Assembly (NCBI GenBank): GCA_050084515.1
Contig: CM114271.1
Location: 19,592,001-19,656,000, forward strand
Reading direction: 5' to 3'
DNA: 64,000 nucleotides
Source: Blasia pusilla
Lineage: Eukaryota
Below are positions 23,457-36,900 of the stretch, piece by piece. The notes beneath the pieces were generated by a model. It saw nothing but the letters and a program-made list of their open reading frames with translations, was not told the origin of the DNA and searched no databases. The translations under genes were made by a program, and so were the position numbers. Numbering within the stretch: the stretch's first letter is position 1; each line of letters starts with the position of its first letter.

Positions 23457-23980
23457 CTAGTAAGGTGTCCTTGCAATGCATGGAAAATAAAAAAAGTGTT
23501 TGAAAAGTTTTTGTTAGTGTATAGCCTGTGAAGGAAAGGAACTAATGAAGTTGTAAACAAAAAAATTCTTGCTTCATGTAGCATGTGAAACATTTTCTTG
23601 TTGCCCGGTTATCACGTGTCGCATAGAGAGGTTTTTGCAAATCCAAAAGACACTCTCCCATAATCATATAGATTAGTATGCCCTAATTAAAAAAATGTGT
23701 AATTTTGAATTATCCACCCAAGGTGTACAATTGAATTTGATTGAATCTATTGGCTTAGAGTGATCCTTTAAATTAAAAAGGACATATGTCAAGAGGAGAG
23801 ATTTTTGCAAATCTAGTGTGCATCTTATGCCATGCACGGAAGTATAAGGACTAATCGTGATACGCACAATTTCTTTTTTTAATGCTCGTAGAATAGGAAA
23901 CATTTTCTTGCCGTCTTGTTGCGACATGTCAATCAGAGATGTTTGCAAATCAAGAAAACAGTCTCCAATAATAATATAGA
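23457..23980 (-). mobile_element. Non-autonomous Helitron, tail-to-tail with the preceding one
   Basis: Minus-strand hairpin plus CTAG end at 23457. TCTATA-type 5' ends at 23672 and 23980. Homologous to 50790-51092. Confidence 0.7.
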
Positions 23981-25623
23981 TAATATATAAGATAGTTTTC
24001 CTTAAAAATTGAAATATCTTATCATTTATTTTAGAGATGAAACAAAGTGAATCATTCATTTCTATGTTACTCTACATAAAACTTCAACAACACATCATAT
24101 AGAGCATTGAATAATTTTCTATATTTTATTACTTTAGAAAAAAATTTAATCAAAATTTAAAAATATAAATATGAGGTGTTTCTTTTTTTCTATAATTGAA
24201 ATATCTTTGGAATAAATTTTAAATAAAATATCAATACTTTTTTAAAATTTGAAACACATGTATCATACTAAAGTTGACATGTGTCAATGATATCGTGATT
24301 GTATTGTGTGTAGAATCTAAATCATGTAACTTTATTAATGGAAAAAAAAATTGATTCTATTTAATGGTTACATATTAGGATTATAAGGAAAAAATCACGT
24401 ACTATGAAAAGAAAATTTGCTAGTTATCCATAAAAGTCTTTTTTGGTTATGAATGTTATCCTAGCCTAGTGACAAGTATCAAGGATGAATCAAGATTCAA
24501 GAACTCATTTTGTCGTAACATAGTAGAGTTTAACCCTTTAACTACTCAAATTGCATTCCACTTGCAAAGTAGTAGTTCATATCAAAATGAGACTCAAAAA
24601 TAACTTTAGGAATTCCCTTATCCCTAGTATCAAAAGGATATAGGTCAAGCTCAAGGGAGACAATTGATATAAATGCTCAAGATAACTTATGTACTTTTGA
24701 ACATTGATATTTAGAGTGGTATGTAAGAAAGTGTCAATTTCTTATGTTGTAGGTGACATGTAGAAATATTATCTAGAATACGCTATAAGTCTTTTATATG
24801 GATTATGAGAAAATACCCATTGTCCCTACCTTTGTCTACATCATCTTACTAGAAACTATTTCAAGATTGGAAGAAAATATGTATGTAAGCTATCGAGACA
24901 TGCTTATTTCCATCATTTTTCTCGCTTGGATGATGTATCAAGAGTTGTGTGGCTCAAAAAACATGTTAGTAATCAAGCAAGATATTGATCACAAGCACAA
25001 TTAACTTCTTGGAAAACTACTTTGGTAGCGTATGTTTCATGCAATTATATGAGGAAAATTGCATAAATCAAATGGAATCGTTTGCAACATTATTCATAAA
25101 CTCTCATAATGTCGAGAGCAGTTAGCTATTTTGGCTAATCAATATGGACCACCATATTGCAACATGCCTATGGATAGATAATCACATGGTCGCATTATTT
25201 TCTACATCTACTCTGCCCGTGACTATAAATACTCGTATTATTCATTGGGATAGGATTCCCCAAGGGTATGTGGTAATCCTTGCTAGACCTATATTCTTGG
25301 AATATCAATATGAGAGGTATGGCCATGCAGGATCAACTTTCACTTGCATACTCGACCTAAAAATGTTGGCATCATTTGTTTAGGTTTGCATTTGACAATC
25401 CACTAACACAATTACAAAAAGTATGGTGCATGTTATGCAAGAGTAGAGGATGTAATATTTGGTCATATAAATATTTTTACTTTCTATTAGGGACAGTAAG
25501 GTAGGTAATCGGGGTAATAAAGATCACATAGACATGAGGATGTGTCTCCAATCTTTCATTATACGTTGAAGTCGAGGAATTTCTATCATGAGTCGAATAT
25601 GGATATGCACCTCGTTTTCTTGT

Positions 25624-25955
25624 CCAAGGTGCAATTAAGGGCGTGCATTTGTGAATGGGTTCTTGTTTTGTTACTCATCAAAAGCATGATGATTGTTGTG
25701 CAAATCATTCTCATGCCAATTGTGGTGAGCAACACAATAAAATGAAAGAGGATAAGAAACGAATAGTTGCTCAATCATTCTTGAGATGGTAGTTGATCAA
25801 TTATTAAGAATTTAACATGCCTTATCTACCTTGCCTAAGTTCTATCCTTGTTTTCTTCCCCAAGGTGCAAGGGTTCACATATATGTGTGGGTTCTTGTTT
25901 TGCAACTCATCAAAAGTATGATGAGCATTGTACATATTAATCTCAAGCCAATTTC
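25624..25955. repeat. Diverged ~100-bp direct repeat (25624-25725 and 25860-25955)
   Basis: Both copies share CCAAGGTGCAA, TGGGTTCTTGTTTTG and ACTCATCAAAAG. Confidence 0.75.
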
Positions 25956-27219
25956 GGTATGTGGTGCCATACAATCAATGGGGGTAGGAAGCAAGTGGAT
26001 GAAACAAGAAAGGCTATGAGGATTCCAAGCACCATTTATGAGGACTTCTCTTTAGAGTTTTACCATAATGGTTTTTCGTTTAAACAATGGAATTTTTTAA
26101 GATGGAACTCGTCATTTTGAAGGCTTAATGCCCACCTACTTCACTATTGGGTAGGTGCCAATGGTGCCATATACAAAAGCCAACATGTTACATAATAATA
26201 TGTGTTGACCGAGAAACACACTCTTGCATATCCTCCTTTTGTTACAATAACTGAATTTTATTATAACCCTTTCTCTTCCAAGGGTTCCTTCCTCCAAAAA
26301 AAAATCGATGCCCCACCTAAGGAAAGATCCTTGCTTCAAATAAAGGGAAAAAACTTAGAAATTTTAGTGAGAAAATATGAAGGATAGTGGCAAGGTAAAG
26401 GGGATTTTATTACTCACGTTTGCATCTTTGTAAGAATTCAAAAATGTTTTGCAAATTTTTTTTACAAGTTCATGCAAGTATTTTGCAAGTGGTTTTTGGA
26501 TATGAGGACTTGCAAGAGAAATGCAAAGAACTTGTAGATGACTCACAAAATATTGGATCCCTTATGAGTGCTCTGCAAATTTATATTGACAAAATGAACT
26601 TGCAAATGACTTGAAAAATTGCTCCACTTGCAAGTTGATGTTGGTGTTGCAAGCACTTGAAACAAGACCTGCACAATACATCCTATATATATATATAACA
26701 CTTTCCATATTTTAAGTGACCAATCCAAATATGACACATGTGTAGTAATAATTAATATCATGCTAGTTGTAATTTAGTGAGTAGATAATGAGCTATATGT
26801 TGTTTGGAGTAGATAGCGGACCAGCAAGACCATTGCATTAGATCACCCTGACCTACAAGAGGAATTTGAATGGATACAAAAATGCCTAAAATATAGATGT
26901 AAGGCGGAGAAGGTCTTAATTTCAACTACGCAAGGGTAGAAATGAAATATTTAGCCATCTTCAATGGAAGACAAGAGGTGGGTATCAGAGCAACAAGTTA
27001 GAAAAGAGGGCTAAAAGTGTACAGAAAATAACGTGAGTCCCTGCACTTTCAATCTTCAAGTCTTGTGCGCCCTCCATTGGCTTTGTTTTGTATTCTAAGA
27101 CTCAAACTTTTAAACCCTTTCTACAAACCAGACCTTATTTGTATTCTTCGGCACTTCCTTTGTACTCTTAAGGACACTTCAACCCTTCGTAGAAACCTGA
27201 GTCCATACCTTCAGTCATG

Positions 27220-29410
27220 GAACATGACAATAATAGCCCTTTAGATAGACTTTAACCATCAAAATCTAAGAGGCAAAGAAGCCTCACAGATCTAAGGTTC
27301 AACAGAAGGGCTAAAGCACCTTCTCAACCAACACTTGCCTCGTGTGATGAAACACAAATAAACGAACGTTTGTGTGACTCTAAGATTGAAGAGAACCAGA
27401 AGTTATGGAAGGATGCTTGGTATATCGCATTTTACTGGATACACTTTGAGCCCCACACTGGTAGAGTATTTTGCAAGGTGTGCGAAGGATCAAAGGGTAA
27501 ATCTATCTTTGCCACTTCATGAGCAGTAAACATAAACATTTCAACCTTTGTGGACCATAGCAAGTCGAAAGAGCTCTATAGGCTAGCTTGGGCTCAACGC
27601 AAGGGCAAGAAGACAATGGAAAAAGCCATTGCTTCAACTAATTGAATATGTGACAAAGCTTTGTTGAACCTATTCCGTGTTGCTTATTTTATAACAAAAG
27701 AGAAAATTGATTTCAAAACCTTCCCAATCTTATGTCAATTATTGAAGCTTGTTTCTGTCACCTTGACCCAACACTTTTATCAAGATGAGAAATCTTGTGC
27801 TGATATTATTACATTCATTAGTTCACTTTTACATAGGGGAGTGTTGCAGACAATAAAGGCTAGTCTATTTTATGGACTCATAGTTGATAAGTCAACTAAC
27901 ATTTCAGTGACAGGCCATCTAGTGGATTTTGTGACCTACTTAGAAGAAGGGCAGGTTGAAACATCTTTTATGGGGTTGATTAAAATTGATAACAAAAATG
28001 CGGAGGCAATATCATACTTTTCGGTTTTCTTACTAAGAGAATGGGATTTAGACTTTGAAAAATTAGTAGGGTTTGGTTTGGATGGGGCAAGTAGCATGAT
28101 TGGGAGACAAAATGGTGTTGCTTCTCGATAGAAGAGGAATGTGAATCCATTCATGACTAGTGCGCATTGTGTAGCATATAGAACCAACTTGGTTTTCCTT
28201 AGTACAGCTAAAAGTCCTTCTTGCAAGTCCATTTGTGATGAAGTGGACAATCTCTTGAACTCCGTTGCCTTTTATTTCAAGAAGAGTCCTAAGAGGAAAG
28301 CAAGTCTTTCTTCTTTGCAACTAGAGTTTAATGACTCGTGGAGATGTATGAAACGATACCAACAAGTGAGATGCCTCAGTAGGTGTCAAGCCGTGGCATG
28401 TCTATGTGATAGTTTAGAATCTGTTCTTGTTTATTTTTTCAGGGTGTTGATGGTTAAGAGGAAGATGGCATGGCAGCTTCTTTTTTTAAGAAGTTTAAGT
28501 CCTTCAAGATGATCTATTGTCTTTATTTTTTGGATGATACATTGCATGAAATGTTTAGATTGAGTAAAGTCTTTCAATTCAAGTTTATCAACATTACGAC
28601 TTTAGCGTCTTTAGTTGTGATAGAGATAGTTGATATAAGATTTATATGAATGCTCAACTGGTTTCTGCGACTACTGATTTTCATTTACTCCCACATTATG
28701 GGCCTCTAGACGGATACATGAAACGATTACATTCAGAAATTAGGGAAGAATTTTCCATTCCATACAAATAGAAAGAGATATCTTGTGGAAAGACCTTGAA
28801 GAAATAGTTTTCTTTCAGAGAAATTTTGCAGAGGCATTGTGTAAAAGTTTGAGTGAACAATTTGAAGATAATGATATCATTGGGGCTTTCAAGATCATGA
28901 ATTTATTGCACATACCTTCTCAAATGGTAAGGTTGAGGGATTGGGGAGTGAAAGAGTTGGACATTTTGTGCCAGTATTATGGTGTAGAAAGTTCTTTACA
29001 TGGTTGTGGTAAACCAGATTTGGTTGAGGTTGCAGCATTAAAGAGTGAATTTCTTTCATTTAAAATTCAGACAACTACAGAACGAAAGGACAAATCCTTC
29101 AAAGATTTATGGCTTGCGGTTTCTTGATGTTCCATTTTGAATTTCAAGTATTCTAATTTTTTTAATTTTAGGAGACATAGCCAAGGTAAAATATGTGAGC
29201 ACTGCAATGCGTGAGAGAGCTTTCAGCATCCAAAATATGATTAAGAATAGACTTTGAAATTATTTAGGCACTAAACATGTGGATGCACTTTTGAGGGTAA
29301 ATATAGAAGGGTCCTCTAAGAGTTATGAGGATGTCTTGACGGAAGCTATCCATCTTTGGAAAAATTCCAAAGAATTCACATATTTGTATGCTAATCCTAA
29401 GTTGCACTTG
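27220..29410 (+). pseudogene. hAT transposase relic (ZNF862/C17orf113-like subfamily) with many stops and frameshifts
   Basis: YGLIVDKSTNIS (first catalytic Asp region), GFGLDGASSMIG, HCVAYRTNL (CxxH-derived) and STAMRERAFS (dimerisation domain). A possible right element end lies at 30417. Confidence 0.85.
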
Positions 29411-32389
29411 TGATATGCTTTGGAGGATCATGTTTCAGATCAAAGTAGGATTGCATCTACCCCTTCTTGTGATGAGTAGTTTTAATTAACTCCTAAATCC
29501 TTTCTACAAAAGGTATGTGTAATAGCATAATTTTTGTAAAAGGGGTTTTGAGACCTCTGGCCCCCAATAGATGGGGGATACTTCAGGTTTAATCCCTGCC
29601 AGAGGTATCTGCCTTTGTATTACTTTTGCAGTGATGGTTTCTAAGGTCTCCTTATCTTGTGCAAGTGCGATCGAAAGTCAAAGGTATGGGGATAGCAAAA
29701 GTAGGAGCTCTATCATAAACCTATGTCGGCTCAAATCTATCCTTCTAGGTAGATGGTGTCAAATGTATCAGAAAGCATGCCTTTCCTTCTTGATGTGGAT
29801 TAAGTCTTTGTTGCAACCATAGTCTGGTCCAGTGGGTTGTGTCTCTTGACTTGTACAGTCGGCTTGTGTTTGCAGCCATGGGATCTAGCGGATGCGTGGT
29901 TCATCTAAGTTAGTAGACTTGTCTGTTTTCAAAGATTGGCGAACTTCTCTTTATATAGGAAAGCTACTTGAGTTATCGAGGAGCCTAGAATAAAAATCCA
30001 TGGTACAATCAAGCAATATTCGTTTTGAAGAGTTGTTTTGGGTGGAAGCGTAAGATTGGAATAGAAGAGATCCATCCATTTGCTGCCCACAGTAGTGGTG
30101 TTTACCATGCGCACTTGACATGCTAGTGAAATAGGGTTTCTTTTGATCACATATTATTAGTTTTTGAAATTTGAAGAGAAACCAAAAATTGGGAAAGGTC
30201 TTAGGAAGAAAACTAATTCTTCCATACAAGCACGGAAAAAAACCGGGAGATGGAAAAGATGTAAAGGAAAAAGATGGATTTAAAAGAAACCAAGCTAGAA
30301 GAAAACGGGTAGTTTTTATAAACGTCAGATGAAAACTGATTCAAGAAAACAACTGTTTAATAATTTTTGGGAACCGGAGAAAAACCAGGGAAACCCCAAA
30401 ATTCTATGCGCCCGCTGGTTAGCCCATTCTGAAGGATGTTGCTCTTCTTACCACCGTGTCCAAATGTAATTGGTAAAGTAATGTCTTTTTTTATTGGTCA
30501 ATTTTGAATGGGAGTAAGATTACCAATAAATCATTTCAAAAATATTTTAGTTCTCATACGCACAAGGAGTGACATGTATCATAGTGCTCATAATGACTTT
30601 AGTTTGCCCATTATCAGTTAGAGTATTTATTATTTTGGGGAATTGCCATTTTTGTTCCCGATCATATTGGTACTAATGGACAGATTTTATCCGTGGCCAC
30701 AACCATAACATTACTGATAATTTATTATCTGCATTCTCACTTGTCATTGGATGGGTTTGTGGGCTTTTCCAAATAGGGGCTATTCATTTTCGGCTAGACC
30801 TTTGAAACTGTCAATTAGTGTCATGAATGAGTCGTCTATGGAGGTAGCCCTTTCATTTTGTAATGGAAAATTTGGCGCATTCGACACTTTGGAGGACTAC
30901 TGCTTACAAAATGTCTAGGGAGATGGGGATCTTGCAGTCTAACCAGAACATCTACCTCCTGGTATAGTGTGCGATAGCAGACATTGTGAATGCCCGTATA
31001 TGGACCTTTCTTATTGTGGGTCATTGTGACATGTACTTGCAGGTTCACTTGCTGATTTAACTTTCTTCTACTACAAACATTTGAAAGGTAAATGTGAACT
31101 CACTCATTCACCAAATGCTTTATTAAAAAATACAGGGTATACAACAATCTGCAAGTAATGCTTCTTGACTATTCACTTGCCTAGCTTCAATCATATTCAA
31201 GTGTCTCTCCTCAACCTCAAGCCTCTAATTGTCTTTCTATTCCATGAGGGAGTACTAAACGCCATCTGCAGTGTTGTAAGTGATTTCTACCATGTCTACC
31301 CGACAGACACCTAGAAAGTCTACAATTTCAAAGTGAAAAAGCATTCTGAGGACTCAAGCTTCTCCTCACTTCAAACGTACCCACCATGAGGCCAATAAGC
31401 TTTCACCGTCGTTGTAGAAATTGCGAGAGAGATTGTTCTATGTAGGAGAATACAACCAAGAAACCACTCCTAAACCCACAGTACCTCATGTCCACACTCC
31501 TTTATCTCCAAGTGTTCCCGACTCCACAAAGAGGATGGAAGATGAAGATGAAGATGAAGATGTTCATCATTTCACCACTATTGATGGTGATTGTACGACA
31601 TATAGCAAGGATATCTGTTTCACATTGGTTGAAGAAACACTTTCCTTTGAAGACTATGGAGAATACTATCCAACACCTCATGCACTAGATGCAGAGGATA
31701 CCCAATTTTTGGAAGCAGGAGCATTTGGATACTCCACCTTTGATACAGAATCTAAAAGGAATAAAATCGAATCTTCCAATCGGCGTACATCCAAGAAGGA
31801 CCAAGATGTCCTTATTCTTGCCTTCCTAGATATATCAAGTGACAGTTTTGGAGCTGACATATTTTGCATGACATCATATGCAAGCTCAGAGATATCAAGT
31901 TCAAATGCAGACAATGGTAGTGAGCCAAAGGATGATGGTCATGATTGTTCCTGTGACAGTATATTGTACTAATGTCAGTGCTTCCATGTCTCTCCAGAGC
32001 TAATAAATTGACATGTATTATTTTGTGTAACTTTCTACTCTCTATGTAGGATACTCCTACATATCTCAAGTAGCCGAAAACTTAGAGTTCACACTTCTGT
32101 GTATAATCTATGTTCAATTTACACACAAAAGTGTGTTTATGCACACACAAGTTTATGTGTGCATAAACACACTCCATGTCAAAACGGACTATTTACAATG
32201 TACGTACCCAAGGGCAAACCCTTGCACAACAAATTTCTTTACTTTTTTTTGTTTCAAAAATCAAGGAGATATTTTCAAATAAGAAGTTTGTGTCTCATCT
32301 ACATTACTAATGAGTTGTATGTGTAATGTACAACACTATATATGATTTATTCATTTTTAAAATTCTGTTATTACCTTCTCCTTCTCCTC

Positions 32390-32392
<3 letters not shown>

Positions 32393-32434
<42 letters not shown>
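32393..32434. repeat. (CT)n microsatellite
   Basis: About 21 uninterrupted CT units. Confidence 0.95.
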
Positions 32435-32437
<3 letters not shown>

Positions 32438-33914
32438 CTTTATGTTAGGTCCCTTCTTTTGACATAACTTAATTCCTTGCTTTAAACATGCACATGTCAA
32501 AAGGAGAGGAGATCTCAAAGGACATGTGTCAACAACATGGGGAGGGATTTTGTAAACCTATCCTCTCTTAATAGTGTAGATAATGAGCCATATCCCTTTG
32601 AGCAACAAACACCTATCGGCTTGATGCCAGTCCTCTACGGTGATCCCTCACTATGACATCAATCCAATCTTACTAGCTTTGAGTGAATGGGTATATAAGT
32701 AATACATGGAATGGTATGTTAATCGTACTTCTAATTCTTGAGTTCACTTGGGGGTTAGTTGAGTTATTGGGCATTTTAGGAAAATGATGGATGATTTAAA
32801 TAATCTATCATTTCTAACATGTGCATCACATGGGCATCGACTAGTGATAGTATAGATGGAGAATCTATTGGAACACCAAGGAAAAAAAAAGAAAAAGGGG
32901 GGACTCCTATAGGGTATATATACGAGTAATAATCCTTGATCAATCCAAAACAAATAATATAGATTTGTTAGAAATCACTAGAAGCTTGTGAAAGGAATCT
33001 AGATATGAACCTCATTCAAAATCAATCTTCAATTTCCCATCCCTACCAAGTTACTTTCACTTACGATACTATCTTGGATATTGTAAATCCTTAAATAGAA
33101 AAAAGAATATCAAGTTGTCAATTCTATATAAAGATCGGTAGCTCTACCTCGAATATATATAACTTTATTCATTTATCTCAAAGCAATAACTTAAGAGAGT
33201 CAAATTAAAATATTTTTTAGGATAAAAAAATGGATGGTATATATGATTAAACTCAACTTACTCTGATTCCATATCAAACATCGATGTCCCTCTGAACACA
33301 CCTCGTCCCCTCCCGTCTCATTTTGAAACTCAATTTGGTAGATATTATTATCTATTGGAAGGAATTAATATCACTTATCATTAGGTGTTGAATAGCATCT
33401 ACCTTCTCCATAAATGTGAGTCAACTTTCTCATGGGAGCCAACTTTAGAAAAAAAAAAGATTCCTCTAAAGAAGAGACAGTTGGACATCTCACCCTTATG
33501 TGTATATTAGACTCCTAGTTTTTTTATTTCCAAGGTCTTATGGATTCTCTATGCCCTATTGTGTTTCTCCATATTCTTTTTTACGAGTCTAGAAATACAA
33601 CCTAACTCTAAAAGAATTTGGGCCCCACAAATTGATGCTCCTTGTTTATCAATTCTTGATATTTTTCTCTCTTCTGCTACCCTTATAATTTTCTCAATAG
33701 TATTGCGGATCTACGCATGGGCTTGCAATCTCTAACCCCAAGCCTCCTCATATTATGATTCCTACATCATCTGCATGAACATAGTTGAGCCAAATTGATC
33801 TCCTTTGATCTTTTCATAGTAGGGGCAAGTTTATAAGTTTTCGCATATGGCTTGAGCATTGAGACTTCTTTCTTGCAATTCCAAGTGAAGACATAATGAG
33901 ACTCTTAATAGCTA

Positions 33915-36900
33915 CTAGTAAGATGCTTGTGCGATGCACGGGTGAAGTAAGGTAGTATAAAAGCAAGATACGTTTTATAAAATTTATTTCATCTTAATAT
34001 TTCTTTATGCACTATATTTCGCATGTAGTTACCTTCTTTATTTGAATGTTCATCCCTTCCAATGGTAATGCGGATGGAACTTTTCTTTCCTACTCTAGAT
34101 AATGCTACATACAATTGACCATGAGAAAATACAGGAGTAGGCAAGTAAATGCCAACCTTTTGCAAAGTTTGACCTTGAGACTTATTAATAGTCATAGCAA
34201 AAGCCGACCTAATAGGGAATTGAAATCTACGTAAATCAAATGGCAAACCGGAATCTGATGCAATCAATGGAATACGTGGAATAAAATGCGCTCTCCAATA
34301 TTCTTCCCAGTGATAATTTCAGCATCGATGCAATGTCTCATAAATCCACGAATCACCAATCTTGTCCCGTTTGGTTGTCCATGTGATCCATTCATGTTTC
34401 GTAAGAGCATAATTGGTGCACCAATCTTCAAACACAAACGATGCGGAGGAAGTCCAGAAGGCAAGCATGTGTTCAAGAATTTAGTTGGGTAGATATGACT
34501 CATCCCCTCATTCGGAATAGAATCCACGCTCTCATAAATAAGCTCCTATACACAATGTGTAATGAATTAGTGAGAAAATGTAATATTAGAATCCAAACTT
34601 CACTGACCACATATTGATAGAAGTACAAAGGAGATAAGTCTAAAGGATTATCTCTCCAGGGAACCGAGACATAACGTCTGTATTTATGTCATCAACATCT
34701 TTATTTCTTAGAGTTAAAATAGCCGTATCTCTTATGAAATCAATGTCATGGAATCGGCTATGAAAATTGCCATACATCAAATCAATAAGATCACATATCT
34801 TGTTACTATTAGTAATAATTTCAAATGATAATCGTATGAAGTCTTCTCCCAAATGAGGATGTAAAGGTACACGAACCTCTCCCACTTCCAATAACCAATC
34901 AACAAAAGTTTTTTGTTCATCACGCAAATGACCATCCAACCTTTGAACTCTCATGTTTGTTTTCAACTTCATGACCCTTACATTAGACCAAAGAAATGAT
35001 CTTGTTATGGTGGCTTGGATGATTTGCGGCCGATCCCCATGGCGAATAACGGGGAAGACTTGACGAAAATCTCCACCAAATACCATAAGTTTTCCACCGA
35101 ATGATAATTGCCGTAAATCATCCAAAAAAACTTCCATGATATCCTATAAGGTTCGATTCACGGCCTCAAAGGCATGACGATGAGCCTTAGGTGCCTCGTC
35201 CCATATAATGAGCATTGCCTCACAGATTAAGCACGCTCCATCACTATCGACCGATAAACTACCAGGAAAAAGGGAAGAAAATTAGAAGCTGAAATAATTT
35301 GAGTAATTAAATTATATTTGATGTATTAATATGATTGAACCTAATTAGAACAACTTATGGCACTTACTTGCAAGTAGAGCTTTCATGAAGATTAATGGGG
35401 ATCTTGAAGCGCGAATGAGCAATACGTACTCTGTCTAACAATAGGGCAACTATACCAGATGATGCTACAGCCAAAGCTATACCTCTAGCGCTCCTTACAC
35501 TTGCAAGGAGAAGATTATATAATTTTTTTTTCTAGTTCCACCCGGACCATCGATGAAAAAAACTTTTGGAGATGGTGGAGCATTCGCGCATATTTGATCA
35601 AGCTCATCATGTATAGCGTCCCATATTATGCGTTGTCCTTCGTTTAGACATGCTTCTCCCAATTGCACTTGCTCAAATAATTCTTCCGTGTCATATGATA
35701 GCTCTTGTTCCTCCAAATATGAGTGTGAATGAAGGCTTTTGAAATTAGCTTGGGGCATATTTGGGAAGTCAGATAGTCTCTTTCCTTGATCTTGTAAATA
35801 ATAATGGACTTCTAATAATGCGATATTAATGATAGCATCATTAATAGGAAGATTGGGAATTCCTGTTTTTTGTAATGGAAGAGTTCTCAATATAAGTAAG
35901 ATGGAAAATATTTATACTATTAGGAAGAAAAAAATTTATGTAAGGAATGTTAGTATTGGATTCTTACCTGACGTCGTTCATATAAGAGATCTTCTACCAA
36001 CGGAACCAAGAACTGACTCCATAATGTTGCAAGTTGGGCAGGTGTGTTGTAAGCTAGAATGATTGCAAAGAGACGGCGTAGTGAAGAACTCGTACAAATT
36101 ATGGAAGCTTCTTCAAAGCAGGTAAACATCTCCCTATCATCCTTGAGAAGTCCCAATTAGATAGCAGCCTCCTTGAATGTTGGACATAATATCCCATGAA
36201 CAATTCTCAAGCTTTCATATGGAGTTGCTCCTCGAACATGATGGAGGAGTAATCTCAACCAAGGTTGTTCTCCTTCGCATGTGACAAAGTGAGAAAAATT
36301 AGCTCAACTATCTATATATAAAAGAAAATGGGTGAGGCTAGTAAATATATAAGTAAAAGTAAGTGTATATAGCCAACTTTTAAGTATTTACAAGGATGAG
36401 TAAGGTATTAGCGGCCAATGGGATGGCCACAATCATCAAATTTTTTTACCCGAGGAATCCATCTCTTATTACTCCAACGATAATATGAAGAAAACTCTAT
36501 ATATAGATATGGTCGAGTAGTGGAGTCAGATAGATTGGTTGCAAACCATCGCGTCAGAGTTGTCTCTCTATTTAGTTGTAAAATATCTTGAGGAAGGTCA
36601 ACATCATTGAAGTAGACTATTTGTTGCTTCAGAAGATGAACTGCTAATCTCTCAATACTTGGAAGTTCAACATGTAGAGAAAACTTGAAGAGACGCCAAC
36701 ATGCTTCTAAAGAAGATATATATCTGGAATTTTTTTTTTCGAAAAATTCAAGTAAGGAGAATGAACATGATGGATAAGTAATAGAATATAATACATAACA
36801 TCAATGAAGTAGCGGAATCATACCGTGCATCAAGATATGATGTCTCGTCAACAACCTCAATTGTATTAGGTGTATCCATGTCCTTTGAAAACTTAAATGA

